DNA of 64,000 nucleotides, taken from Thermoproteota archaeon. GTDB taxonomy: Archaea > Korarchaeota > Korarchaeia > Korarchaeales > Korarchaeaceae. Shown here piece after piece: positions 17,030 through 27,319 of the stretch (position 1 is its first letter; every line of letters begins with the position of its first letter). The DNA lies in assembly GCA_027491735.1 (NCBI GenBank), contig JAOZGP010000004.1, positions 1-64,000 on the forward strand. The letters are read 5' to 3'. Both the position numbers and the translations under genes were made by a program. A model generated the notes under the pieces. The model saw only the letters and a program-made list of their open reading frames with translations, had not been told where the DNA came from and searched no databases.

Positions 17030-17796
17030 GATATCACCTCCCTCACGTGATCTAGGAGCTTCTTGACGGCCTCCTTTGGATCCTCCTCCTCTATTATCAC
17101 TCCCTTCCTCTCCTTGTAGAATGCCTCTACCCTTTTCACCTCCCTTCTGCCTTGGGCTCCGAGCTCGACTCCCAGATCAGCCGGGGTATACCTCGTCAGT
17201 GGTTTCTTGGAGGCTTTTATCACCTGTATGAGTGTTGGTATTCTCGGCTCGTTTATCTCGTTCACAACAGTTACGATCGCTGGAAGAGGAGCTTCTAGGG
17301 TCACAGTTTTATCCTCCAGATCTCTTTCGGCTATTATCCTCCCGTCAGCCATCTCGATCCTCTTCACGAATGTTATCACGGGAAGGCCCAGGAGTTCAGC
17401 CACCATAGGACCGACAGCACAGTTGTACTCATCGTTGGAACCCTCCCCAAACAAAATCAAGTCGTAATTCCCCTTTTTGTAGACCTCAGCTATTAGCTTG
17501 GCGGTGTCCAGAGGATCGAGCTCTGAGTTGGTGTTCACCACGCAGGCAGCGTCAGCCCCCATGGCCACAGCCTCCTTCATCACCTTCTCGTCAGCAGGCG
17601 TCTTAGAGGATACCGTAACCACCATGACGGTCCCTCCATGCTTCTCTTTTATTCTGACCGCCTCTTCAAGCGCGTTTCTGTCTATAGTGCTCAGTTTTAT
17701 CGGTACATCCTCTATTATCAGGGACCTCGTCTCCTTATCGACTCTGATCTCCATCTCATCGAGAACCTGCTTAACGCAGACCAAGATGCTAGGCAA
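17026..17796 (-). CDS. etfB: Electron transfer flavoprotein beta subunit
   Basis: ILVCVKQVLD, ALEEAVRIKE, AMGAD, INEPRIP; TTG start after GGTGA. Confidence 0.92.
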   Translation of the reverse strand: MPSILVCVKQVLDEMEIRVDKETRSLIIEDVPIKLSTIDRNALEEAVRIKEKHGGTVMVVTVSSKTPADEKVMKEAVAMGADAACVVNTNSELDPLDTAKLIAEVYKKGNYDLILFGEGSNDEYNCAVGPMVAELLGLPVITFVKRIEMADGRIIAERDLEDKTVTLEAPLPAIVTVVNEINEPRIPTLIQVIKASKKPLTRYTPADLGVELGAQGRREVKRVEAFYKERKGVIIEEEDPKEAVKKLLDHVREVIS

Positions 17797-17831
17797 ACTA
17801 TCACCGAAACCCTCCCACCTGAGATTAAAAA

Positions 17832-18485
17832 TTAAACATTTCCCAGCAGGAAGTAAGCTGCTGATGATGCGAGTGGCACTGTGATGTTGTCCTCCACACC
17901 GTAGAGCTCCGACAGCGAGGTGACCATGGTGACGATCAGCGAGTTCAGAGGCGATGTTATGAGACACATTGAGAGAAAGAGGATAGCGGAGGCGATCAAA
18001 GTCCCCTCTAAGGTCCCCTTAGAGTGAGGAATCCTCCTGTATCCAAAAGCATGACCGAAGAGGGGCGAAAGCCCGTCGAACATGACCATGGCCATCACAC
18101 CGGCCACAAAGCTACCTCCGAAGATCAGATAGGAGGTTCCTATTCCCACAGTCCCTGAGAGAAGTCCCAGCCATCCAGCTCTCTTCTCATAGTCCCTTTC
18201 CACGGTTTTGATCAGAGAATCTATGCTCAAAAGGATCCTCTCGACAGGCCTAGCCAGCTCGATCTCCATGATTTTTCTCCTGAGATCTTCAACGATGCGG
18301 GGAATACCCCTCACCCTCACAGAGTAGATCCAGGTCACGACAGCTATTATAAATAAATAAACTATGTTTAGGTCTAACCAGTTCGGGAGGAGGGCCCTGA
18401 GCTCGTAGGGGAGAAAGAGGAGCACCGAGAGGATTATGTGAAGGATCTTTCTCCTGAGCTCTGATTCAGGTATTCTCTTCAGCAT
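17832..18485 (-). CDS. Dolichol/phytol kinase-like membrane protein
   Basis: ELRRKILH, DG..LFG, KGTLEG and DNITVPL motifs. Confidence 0.8.
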   Translation of the reverse strand: MLKRIPESELRRKILHIILSVLLFLPYELRALLPNWLDLNIVYLFIIAVVTWIYSVRVRGIPRIVEDLRRKIMEIELARPVERILLSIDSLIKTVERDYEKRAGWLGLLSGTVGIGTSYLIFGGSFVAGVMAMVMFDGLSPLFGHAFGYRRIPHSKGTLEGTLIASAILFLSMCLITSPLNSLIVTMVTSLSELYGVEDNITVPLASSAAYFLLGNV

Positions 18486-19232
18486 TCATCCCACCATATG
18501 CCAGGATAGCTCGAAGTACCTCTTGGCCATGAGGACCAGATCCCTGTCCCTTATCTCCAGAGCATAAGGATTTCTGGATGTGGGCGTCAGGGGTCCAAAG
18601 ACCATGAACACCACGTCGGTGTTCACTATTATCAAGGATATTGGGAACGGGACCCTCCAGATCTTAGCGCTTATTCTAACGTTCCTCTCCCTCAGAGCTC
18701 TGAGGTTTCTCTCTGTTATGACAGCTCTGATGGACATCCCCTTGGATGCAGTCGCTATGGCTTCTATAAGATCCGGATCATCATGACTGAGCATGAGACA
18801 TACATCCTTCCTGGACGATTTTATGGATGATTTTATCGCCCTGAGAGCGACTTGTTTGGAGTAGCTGTATGAGAGTTTGGAAGTCGTTATTCCCGTGGAC
18901 CTCGCAGCCTCTATGTCCGAGTTAACTGTCTCCTTCAGCTTTTCTAGCTTCTCAACAGCCTCTCTTTGGAGCCTTTCCACGACCTCCTCTATGGGGTTCG
19001 CCCTGAAGATGGCCGGCCTACTTCCCACCGAGTACATCCATCCCCTCTTCATCAACTCCGAGGAGCTCGTGTACACCTTCGGGTAAGGGATTCCTGTAAG
19101 CTCGCTGAGGTTCTTGGCAGACATATCTCCGAATATGAGGAGTGAGAGGTATATCAGAGCTTGGTATTCCGTCAGGCCCATCTCCTTCAGCATGTCGAAG
19201 GACCTGAGCTCCTTCAGGTTCAGCCTGCTCAT
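18486..19232 (-). CDS. TrmB-family transcriptional regulator
   Basis: GLTEYQALIYLSLL, IPYPKVY and RP..FRA. Confidence 0.85.
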   Translation of the reverse strand: MSRLNLKELRSFDMLKEMGLTEYQALIYLSLLIFGDMSAKNLSELTGIPYPKVYTSSSELMKRGWMYSVGSRPAIFRANPIEEVVERLQREAVEKLEKLKETVNSDIEAARSTGITTSKLSYSYSKQVALRAIKSSIKSSRKDVCLMLSHDDPDLIEAIATASKGMSIRAVITERNLRALRERNVRISAKIWRVPFPISLIIVNTDVVFMVFGPLTPTSRNPYALEIRDRDLVLMAKRYFELSWHMVG

Positions 19233-19295
19233 ACACAAATACCTCTTACTAGTTAAGGTAAAAAAGGTATAAATATCTCGTCGTCGACCTAACTG

Positions 19296-20213
19296 GTGAA
19301 GATGTTTGCTGTGGAGGCCAGAGGGCTCACCAAGAGATTCGGTGAGTTCACTGCTGTAGATCACATAGATCTACTGGTTGAAAGTGGCAGGATCTTCGGC
19401 CTGTTGGGACCAAACGGTGCGGGAAAGACCACGACTATAAGGATGATAACCGGCCTTCTGAAGCCCACCGAGGGTTACGTGAGGGTTTACGGAATGGACG
19501 TCCTGAAGAATAGAAGGAGCGTCCTCAGGATGATTGGTTATATGCCTCAGAGGTCCAGTCTGTACGACGATCTGACAGTTGAGGAGAACCTATACCTCTA
19601 CACCATGCTGTACGACTTCTCTAGACAGGAGGCCAAAAGACGAACTGAGGAACTCTTAAAGGAGTTTTTTCTGGACAAATTCAGGGACAGACTCGTCGGA
19701 AACTTGAGCGGCGGTATGAAGAGGAGGCTAGCACTAGCCATCACGCTGGTTCACGATCCAAAGCTACTGATACTTGATGAGCCCACTGTGGGGGTTGATC
19801 CACCTCTGAGAAGACAGTTCTGGGAGAGGTTCAGGCAACTCGTGAGCAAGGGGAAGACCATACTGGTCACCACCCACTACATGGATGAGGCAGAGAACTG
19901 CGATGAGATAGCCCTCATTTCGCACGGGAGGATGATAGCGAGCGGAACTCCGGAGGCAATAAAAAGGAGGGCCTTCGGAGGGGAGCTGATCGAGGTTCTC
20001 TTGGATAGAGAACCTCCATGCGATCCTCCTGAATTTGCAAAAATAATCTCCGTAAACGGGAGGAAGGTCAGATTGTTGGTGGATGATTATGGAGGAAGAT
20101 CGGCGCAGCTCATGGACTTCCTAAGGGAGAGGGGGTTTAAAATCCTTGAGATGAGACCTGTCAGGGTCAGTTTGGAGGACGCCTTCATAAGGCTCATGGG
20201 GGAGAGGAGTTGA
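19296..20213 (+). CDS. ABC-2 transporter ATP-binding protein
   Basis: GPNGAGKTT, LSGGM, LILDEPT. Confidence 0.93.
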   Translation: MKMFAVEARGLTKRFGEFTAVDHIDLLVESGRIFGLLGPNGAGKTTTIRMITGLLKPTEGYVRVYGMDVLKNRRSVLRMIGYMPQRSSLYDDLTVEENLYLYTMLYDFSRQEAKRRTEELLKEFFLDKFRDRLVGNLSGGMKRRLALAITLVHDPKLLILDEPTVGVDPPLRRQFWERFRQLVSKGKTILVTTHYMDEAENCDEIALISHGRMIASGTPEAIKRRAFGGELIEVLLDREPPCDPPEFAKIISVNGRKVRLLVDDYGGRSAQLMDFLRERGFKILEMRPVRVSLEDAFIRLMGERS

Positions 20214-21304
20214 GGCTCATAGCGATAATAGATAAGGAGCTCAAGCAGCTGATAAGGGATCCAAAGACCATAGTAATGGTTCTGCTGATGCCTATCTTCC
20301 TGACAATACTGTTCGGCTATGGATACAGCGGCAGGTCGAAGTTTCCCGTGGCCATCCTGAATGAGGACCGAGGAGGCTGTGGATATGAGCTCGTGAGGAA
20401 GCTCATTAACTCAGAAGACTTTGACGTGGAATATTATGTGAGAACCTTCGATGAGGGAGTTGAGCTCGTCAAGGAAGGAGATGTTTATGCCACATTGGTC
20501 ATACCAAGCGATTTCACCGAATGCCTGCTCGTCGGGAAGTCCACCTACGTGCAGGTCATCTACGATGCAAGCAGTCCGACGGTCGCCCAGAGCATAATGC
20601 AGCTCGTTGGGGTGATAGTGCTCAAGTATCAGGAATGGGCCTCCTCGAGGTTCGGAACGTTCAGCATAAAGCCAACTTTTTACTCTGTGTACGGTCCTAC
20701 AGTCACAAGAATAGAGAACTTCATGCCGCCTCTCATGGGAACTCTCCTCCAGCTCGTCCCAACGAGTTTGATCTCCGTGTCGATATGCAGAGAGAGGGAA
20801 AGGGGTACCTTCGAGCAGTTTATCATGACGCCGGTATCCCACTTCGAGGTGATACTGGGGAAATTTGTTGCCTACTTCGTGGCCACGATCTCCGACGCCG
20901 TGCTCACAATAGCTACTGCTGCGATACTGTTCAACGTGCAGTTCAGGGGAAGTCTGCTCGCTATACTGCTCCTGTCCTCGATATTTCTGGCTAGCTCACT
21001 CGCTCTCGGGTTGCTCCTCTCGGTGCTGTCGAAAAACCAGCTTCAGGCCTACCAAGCGAGCATATTTGTGTTCGTGCCGGCCATGCTGTTCTCGGGGATG
21101 TTCGTCCCGGTGAGGCTCCTCTCCAATGTCGCCGAGGTCATCGCCTATGCCATGCCTATATACTACTATATAGATGCATATAAGGCTGTTGCCATGAAGG
21201 GCCTTCCGCTGTCAGTGGTCACGAGCGACGTAGTGGTGATCGTTGCTTTCACCGCTGCGTTCTTCCTCGCCTCCATGCGCATGCTGAAGTTGCGGGTGGA
21301 GTGA
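20210..21304 (+). CDS. ABC-2 transporter permease
   Basis: KELKQLIRD, RERERGTFEQ; about 6 TM helices. Confidence 0.9.
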   Translation: MRLIAIIDKELKQLIRDPKTIVMVLLMPIFLTILFGYGYSGRSKFPVAILNEDRGGCGYELVRKLINSEDFDVEYYVRTFDEGVELVKEGDVYATLVIPSDFTECLLVGKSTYVQVIYDASSPTVAQSIMQLVGVIVLKYQEWASSRFGTFSIKPTFYSVYGPTVTRIENFMPPLMGTLLQLVPTSLISVSICRERERGTFEQFIMTPVSHFEVILGKFVAYFVATISDAVLTIATAAILFNVQFRGSLLAILLLSSIFLASSLALGLLLSVLSKNQLQAYQASIFVFVPAMLFSGMFVPVRLLSNVAEVIAYAMPIYYYIDAYKAVAMKGLPLSVVTSDVVVIVAFTAAFFLASMRMLKLRVE

Positions 21305-21305
21305 G

Positions 21306-22910
21306 ATGCTGGAGCATCCTCACGACAGGTGCCTTGTCTTTGCCCTCGCCATCCTTATTCTAGCCACTCTATCGATGAGCATCCTGTCCTCTACTGCTGA
21401 ACCCCAGTCTCAGAACATGCCGGTAGTGCAGCAGCCTCCATACTATTTAGTCACGTCCGCTGAATCCGGGAATCAGTCGAGACCTGTCATAAGCCTCAAG
21501 CTCGAGGTGACCAGGATACCGGTGGAGGAGGAGAGGGACCTACCCGTGGTAGTCCAGAACATGGGGAACGCCACCGCTGAGAAAGCGATCTTGGACTTCT
21601 ACCCGGGAGCGATGATGGTGATGGAGAGCGACAGCAGGTTCGTTGTGAAGAACCTCACGCCGGGAGATGCTAAGGTCGTGAAGCTCAAGGTCAGGATATC
21701 CAAGTACGCCACTGGACCGGTGAAGCTATGGGTGAGGATGATGTACTGGGACAAGAACGGAACGTTTTACACCGATTACGTTCAACTTTCGGTTGAGCCG
21801 ATAATCCCGGGCTCTCCAAACATTCTTCTAGTCCCCTCGGACCAGGTAGTTGTTCCAGACAAGATAAACATCCTCAACTTCTCTGTGGTGAATTACGGAG
21901 GAGATGCAGACAACGTGACCGTGAAGCTTGTCGTTCCATCACAGGTGGGGGCCATAATAGGACCGAACACCGAGTTCGCAGGAGAGGTGAAGAGAGGAGA
22001 GAGAGAAAACCTTTCCATACAGGTGTACGTGTTTCCAGGAGTCTATGGCGCGCTTGAGGTGGAGGCCTACATAAGCTACAGGGACTTCAGGGGAGTTCCT
22101 GACACCTCGGTCCAGACCTTTGGATACAGGGTGAGGGGATCGGCCAGGATAGCTGTGAGCACCTATTACACAAATCCAACACCGGTCTTTCCTGGTGATA
22201 GGTACGTGAGGCTTGTTGTCGTGATCAACAACATCGGAGATTACGTGGCGAGGGACGTCTGGGTCAATCTCTCCCTCCCGAAGGGCATGAAACCATCCTT
22301 TGCCGGATCATGCGCCATCAAGGTTCCGGTGTTGCCAACCGATAAACCAGTTGAGCTGACGTACAGGATAGACCTGTCGGACAGGCTCGCTCCTGGAATA
22401 TATAGGATGAAGGTCATGACAGACAAGGCAGGTAACTCGTCATTCTACATCACAGTGGACGAGAAGGCCGGGTTTACTGTTGAGGGAATTTTCTTGAGCA
22501 AGAGACCGACCCCTGGGCTTAGAGGTGAGAAGATCAGGATAGCCGTGAGGAATTTGGGAAACGCCACCGCCAAGAGTGTTAAGGTCGATCTGATGAGTCC
22601 CTTCATATCAGGAACGACCAGTGTGATGCTCGGCGACATTCCCGGTGGAGCGGAGGAGTTTCCGGTTATGGAGGTGGACATATCCAAGTACGCTCCTCAG
22701 GGAAACCTGACCTTGGAGTTTCACATAGAGTGGAACCAAGACGGAAGACAACTCAGCGAGGTTGTAAGAAAACAAATAGTGGTGGAGAGGGAGGAAGGAG
22801 ATTTTATTCCCATGCTTTTGATGGCCTGTCTTGTGGTCGTGCTCCTGATTACGTACAAGCACCCCATTGGAAGGAGGATCCTGAAGTCCATCAGAGGGAG
22901 CTCAGGATGA
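21306..22910 (+). CDS. S-layer-like (COG1361-type) Ig-repeat protein with C-terminal anchor
   Basis: Signal peptide, repeated N-G..A..V beta-sandwich motifs, C-terminal TM helix. Confidence 0.75.
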   Translation: MLEHPHDRCLVFALAILILATLSMSILSSTAEPQSQNMPVVQQPPYYLVTSAESGNQSRPVISLKLEVTRIPVEEERDLPVVVQNMGNATAEKAILDFYPGAMMVMESDSRFVVKNLTPGDAKVVKLKVRISKYATGPVKLWVRMMYWDKNGTFYTDYVQLSVEPIIPGSPNILLVPSDQVVVPDKINILNFSVVNYGGDADNVTVKLVVPSQVGAIIGPNTEFAGEVKRGERENLSIQVYVFPGVYGALEVEAYISYRDFRGVPDTSVQTFGYRVRGSARIAVSTYYTNPTPVFPGDRYVRLVVVINNIGDYVARDVWVNLSLPKGMKPSFAGSCAIKVPVLPTDKPVELTYRIDLSDRLAPGIYRMKVMTDKAGNSSFYITVDEKAGFTVEGIFLSKRPTPGLRGEKIRIAVRNLGNATAKSVKVDLMSPFISGTTSVMLGDIPGGAEEFPVMEVDISKYAPQGNLTLEFHIEWNQDGRQLSEVVRKQIVVEREEGDFIPMLLMACLVVVLLITYKHPIGRRILKSIRGSSG

Positions 22911-23280
22911 TCTCCCCGCCGGAGAGTTTGATCTTTATGATGTTCCCTTTTATGCTGCAAGACCTCACCACGACTCCAGACCTTAAGGAGGAGGTGGAGA
23001 ATCCATAGAAAGGACCTGCAGACACCGTTACCGAGACCATCGAGGAGTTCACGCTTATCGCGATATCCCCTGCGGATGTGAACCTCAGCACGAACCCCCC
23101 ACTGACTGCTCCTGCTCTGCTGTCGAAGGCCAAGGTGTCTATGGCTGAGGACACCTCACCAGCAATCACTGAGGCCTCTGAGTCCAGGAGAGAGATCTCA
23201 TAGGGAGCTCCTTGAATTATGATGTAAGAGAACGTCAGTGAGATAAGCAGAAGGGCTGCGGAGGATATCACCCTGTTCAC
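22891..23280 (-). CDS. Pilin-like membrane-anchored protein
   Basis: N-terminal hydrophobic helix plus beta-rich tail; last gene of the pilus operon. Confidence 0.5.
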   Translation of the reverse strand: MNRVISSAALLLISLTFSYIIIQGAPYEISLLDSEASVIAGEVSSAIDTLAFDSRAGAVSGGFVLRFTSAGDIAISVNSSMVSVTVSAGPFYGFSTSSLRSGVVVRSCSIKGNIIKIKLSGGEIILSSL

Positions 23281-24512
23281 GCTGGGATCCCTCCTGAGAG
23301 TATGGGGAAAGCCACCGCCGCAAAGGCGATCTCCCCCAATCCGCTCACCAGGTTGCCCGTCCTCAAGCTCCCAAGAAAGAGTGAATAGGTCAACACATTT
23401 GCGAACATGAGAGATTCCAGTGAAGTCAAGGAGGAGCAGTAGGAAGCAAGCCTCGGTATTGAGACCAGGGTTGCATGTAGTATCCTCACCACGAGAGCCA
23501 TCATGACCACCAAGATAAGGCCTGCCAGGGATCTGATCCTCCTCTCGTGAAGCTCCTCCTTGGTCGATGACCTGATCCAGCTCGAGAGGTTCAGAATCGA
23601 TCTGTGAGCATCCTCTGGATCTGATCCAAGCTTGGTCAAGTACCTCAAAAGCTCTAGGACTATTGAGACTCTGGTTCCCTCGAGAAGCCTCTCCAGTTTA
23701 AGGGCCCTCTCTGTGGAAAATGATCCCCCGGATGTGAAGAACTCAGAACTCGCAATCTCCAGATCATCCAGTCCGGACATCATCCTGCGAACCTTCCTTC
23801 TCTCGTCAAGAAGGATGGGAAGGTAAGCCAACGCTGAAGACATGAAAAGAGATGCGCTCAGCGAGGAATAGCTGTTCAGAACGCTGGAGATCGCCAGATA
23901 AAGTGGAACTGCTGCTAACATCAGCAGAGCAGATGTCAAGATCGGTTTTCTCCCAATGCGGAAGGGAGGATCTGACGACACAAGCGGGATCGACACCAGA
24001 CAGACCGTCAATCCAGTGAGCGAGAACATGGAGCTTGTTGAGATGTCAATCTCACCGCTCAAGCTTCCAGATATCATGAGAGCGTACACCACTGTCATGG
24101 GGAGTATCATCGCTGTTATGCTTGTCAAGGTCGCTAGGGAAGCTATCCTGGATAAAGAATCTCTCTTCTCCCTGAACAGGTCCTCCAGGAGCTCCCTGAA
24201 CCTAGCAGATAGAACGTCCTCTCCTGCGGACCTTAAACCACCTACCACACGAGCGATCAAGGACATAGATCTTCTGAACTCTCCAGGGACCATCTGTAGG
24301 GAGGATGATCCTAGGTATCTCAGGGACCTACCCAAGTTCTCCAAAAAGGTCATCCCGCTGGACCTGCCTCCTAGCTCCAAGGACATCCCGACGGGAAGAC
24401 CCGCCGATATGGAAGCCCAGATAACTCCCACCGTCAGCCAGTTCAGCTTATTCCTTCTGAAAACCCCCAAGGATCTCATGGTACTCCCTCTCGATTCTGC
24501 TCTCATCGACAT
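23277..24512 (-). CDS. TadC/FlaJ-like membrane platform protein (start uncertain)
   Basis: Duplicated helical-plus-3TM architecture directly after the secretion ATPase. Confidence 0.55.
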   Translation of the reverse strand: MSMRAESRGSTMRSLGVFRRNKLNWLTVGVIWASISAGLPVGMSLELGGRSSGMTFLENLGRSLRYLGSSSLQMVPGEFRRSMSLIARVVGGLRSAGEDVLSARFRELLEDLFREKRDSLSRIASLATLTSITAMILPMTVVYALMISGSLSGEIDISTSSMFSLTGLTVCLVSIPLVSSDPPFRIGRKPILTSALLMLAAVPLYLAISSVLNSYSSLSASLFMSSALAYLPILLDERRKVRRMMSGLDDLEIASSEFFTSGGSFSTERALKLERLLEGTRVSIVLELLRYLTKLGSDPEDAHRSILNLSSWIRSSTKEELHERRIRSLAGLILVVMMALVVRILHATLVSIPRLASYCSSLTSLESLMFANVLTYSLFLGSLRTGNLVSGLGEIAFAAVAFPILSGGIPA

Positions 24513-25724
24513 ATTCTCTCTCAGCTATTCTTGAGAAGATGTCCGACCGATCGAGGGAGAGACCCTCCCTCAGGGAAAACACCCTCACCAAGCCCTCCTC
24601 TCTCGGTTCAGTCACCTCGACAACCTTCCTCCTTCCGTTAACTCTCTTCATCAGAACTATCGCTAGTAGATCAGTTATCGATGTTGGATTGACGTTTAAG
24701 GGAAATGAGGTAAGTCTCTTCACAGCATCATCACATGAGATAGCGTGAAACGTCGTCAGAGCTGTTCCCCGAGCCTTATGTACTGGAAGAGCATCCTCGT
24801 TTCCCTGCCACGAGCTTCTCCGAGGATTATGTAGTTGGGTCTCATCCTCAGGACATCCCTCAGCAGGTCTTCCAACGTGGGTCTTGATCCAGGCTCTCCT
24901 CCTTGCCTCACGAGAACTCTCGTGAAGTTCCTCACACCCACGAGGGAGATCTCCGCTGAGTCCTCTATCAGGACAACCTTTCTGTTTGCAGGTATTTCGT
25001 TGAGGAGGGAGGTGAGGAGAGTCGTCTTTCCTGCCCCAGTCTCCCCGACTATCAACCCGGACATCCCATGCTTAACCATCAACTCCAGATAGGCAGCTTC
25101 CTCAGTTTGAAGTAACCCTTCGGATACCAGATCCTTCAGCGAGGGAGATCTCACGAACTTCCTCATGGATATGGAAGCTCCTCCTGCTCCATCAGGATTC
25201 AACAGTATGTGCACCCTTATAGGTGTCCCCTTCACCTTGATCACCCCCTCGACCCTTGGATTGGACATGTTCAGTTGTTTTCTCATCCTCTCAGCCAGTT
25301 TGAAGGCAAGCTCCTCGGAGAGCTCCCTGTTTAGGGTCAGATTTGTTGGATACCACTCACCACTCAAGTTCACGTAAAGTCTGCACCCTCCTGATATTCC
25401 GTAGGATATGTCCTCGACGTCAGGATCCATGATTAGTGGGTGCAGCTCCCTGAGCCCGAGGAGATCCCTGCTGACGTAGTAGGAGAAGATCTCTGCGGTC
25501 TGCTCATCAGTGAACTTCGAGGAGATTTCTGTTATGACTCTGTTAATGGCTTTCTCCAGCGGCATCCTCTCCAGATATCTCACGGTTTTCCTCAAAACCT
25601 CCCTTAATAGGTCTTCTGGAGGTCTTTCCGGCTCAAAGACCTCGTAAATTCCTCTGGAGATCTTTCTGCTTATCCACATACTGATCCTCCTCGAGTTCCT
25701 GGGAGGCAGATATCGCAGGCTCAT
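24448..25724 (-). pseudogene. VirB11/FlaI/TadA-like pilus assembly ATPase, split by a single-base frameshift
   Basis: DPDVEDI, GETGAGKTT, IEDSAEI, LRMRP..IILGEARG; reading continues GTALTTFHA..AVKRL if one G is added at the run at 24767-24770. Confidence 0.8.
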
Positions 25725-25747
25725 GAGAGGCCTTCTGGAGAGTGGGA

Positions 25748-25936
25748 TCAGAACATCACCTCCAGATCTTCTACGGCCATCCTCCTTCTCTCCTCGACGC
25801 TTGGCCTTAATCTTCTCCTGCCTACCAGCAGAGTCGGTAGAAGGAGAAGGGATATAACAGGTGATTGTGGATACAACAGGTTTACCTTATTCAAGAGCTC
25901 TGGGTACATGAGCGTTGGAATTAGAGGTGCCGCCAC
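25748..25936 (-). CDS. Small membrane protein
   Basis: Hydrophobic ORF within the pilus operon. Confidence 0.4.
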   Translation of the reverse strand: MAAPLIPTLMYPELLNKVNLLYPQSPVISLLLLPTLLVGRRRLRPSVEERRRMAVEDLEVMF

Positions 25937-26205
25937 ATGGCCATGAGCACGACCATGAGCTCGGATTTCCTCCTACCGATCCCCACGATGACGGGCATGG
26001 ACAACATGGCCACGTCATCCACTAGGATGATCGTGCTCTGACAGGTCAAGATCGACTGGAGAGCTGTTGAGGCAAAATAAAAAAGGAGAGCAGATCCCTT
26101 AGTCCTTCGGAACCGCACCAAGGCCGAGGCTATGATCTCCACGATGAAGAGAGGTACTTTAACTGTTAAAAATGAGCTCCACTCCATGGGAATCCCTTCT
26201 AACAA
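25921..26205 (-). CDS. Small membrane protein
   Basis: Hydrophobic ORF within the pilus operon. Confidence 0.45.
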   Translation of the reverse strand: MLEGIPMEWSSFLTVKVPLFIVEIIASALVRFRRTKGSALLFYFASTALQSILTCQSTIILVDDVAMLSMPVIVGIGRRKSELMVVLMAMWRHL

Positions 26206-26614
26206 TTAGATGTGTTCTCTCAGTGATCAGCCCCCTGACACATATTTTCACGTTTGCGAAGAGGACCAGTGCGGTTCTTCCGTTGGCGTTCGTGGAAACC
26301 ACCCCGGCTGTCGAGGAGTTGTACAGGACACCCAAACTCCTGTACCCCAGATCTGTGATGAACACCAGGGATGTGCCGTTTCCGGCAATGTCCTCAACTC
26401 TTGGTAGATCTAGCATCGCCGTTTGCTCGCTTCCGACCCCCTCCTTGTATGTTTCAGTTACCATATCGGCGATCTCGACTACTGATTCCGTCAAGGTGGC
26501 CAGATCTAATTGAGCCCTCTCCTCCTCGAGATGGAAGTACCATGAGGGGATCACCACGGTTATGGACAGCAGACCCACGAGCATCAGCGCTAGCTCTGAG
26601 AGAGCAACGTCCAT
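26159..26614 (-). CDS. Minor pilin-like protein
   Basis: LSELALMLVGLL N-terminal helix with Glu near the start of the hydrophobic segment. Confidence 0.55.
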   Translation of the reverse strand: MDVALSELALMLVGLLSITVVIPSWYFHLEEERAQLDLATLTESVVEIADMVTETYKEGVGSEQTAMLDLPRVEDIAGNGTSLVFITDLGYRSLGVLYNSSTAGVVSTNANGRTALVLFANVKICVRGLITERTHLIVRRDSHGVELIFNS

Positions 26615-26615
26615 G

Positions 26616-26804
26616 CTAGACCCTCTCGTATATCAAGGTCGTGAAGATCATCCAGACCACGGCCAAATATCCTTCCAGGAAGAGGATCTCAGGAGCTAAG
26701 GTCTCCATGTTCACCATTGCCACAACAGTCTTGATCATGAGCAGAGCCAGGAGGATCAATATGTTCAGTGTTGGGAGCACTGAAACGAGATTTCTAGCCC
26801 TCAT
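26616..26804 (-). CDS. Small 2-TM protein
   Basis: Two hydrophobic helices; coupled to neighbouring genes. Confidence 0.5.
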   Translation of the reverse strand: MRARNLVSVLPTLNILILLALLMIKTVVAMVNMETLAPEILFLEGYLAVVWMIFTTLIYERV

Positions 26805-27247
26805 GGGCTCACCGTGTAGGTTGCAGTCACGCCACTTGGCCCACTGACCATTATGTTAGCAGGACCGGTGTTCAGGTTCAGCTCCACCGCCGGGGTTCTT
26901 ATCTCAAGCATCGAGTTCGGAGCGAACTCACCGGTAGAGCCATGAAGTATCACAGATGTCGGCATCACAGATTCTCTGCTGCCATCGCCTCTTTTCACGT
27001 TGACCATCCACATGGACGCATTGCCCACGGGTATCGGAGAGTTGCCCGTGTTCTGCACCATCACATCGGTTAGCTTACCTCCGTTCACGGTGACGCCAAC
27101 TATCTTCACCACGGTCTTCGGAAGAACTCCTGCCGCTGTTCCAGTCATTTCAGCGGCTTTTCCCTGAGCCCAGAAGTAGAGTCCCGCTACCAAGGTCAGG
27201 CCGACCAAGATCAGACCTATCTCCACAAAAACTGCCTTCAATCCCAT
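26801..27247 (-). CDS. Archaeal type IV pilin-like protein
   Basis: G|LKAVFVEIGLILVGLTLVAGLYFW class III-like signal; VQNTG and SGPSGVTA motifs. Confidence 0.7.
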   Translation of the reverse strand: MGLKAVFVEIGLILVGLTLVAGLYFWAQGKAAEMTGTAAGVLPKTVVKIVGVTVNGGKLTDVMVQNTGNSPIPVGNASMWMVNVKRGDGSRESVMPTSVILHGSTGEFAPNSMLEIRTPAVELNLNTGPANIMVSGPSGVTATYTVSP

Positions 27248-27319
27248 CCCCAGCTTAAGAAGAGGAAAGAGGACCTTGTTCTGTAAGGTCAGGAAAATTT
27301 TGAGAGAGATTGTGTGAAA

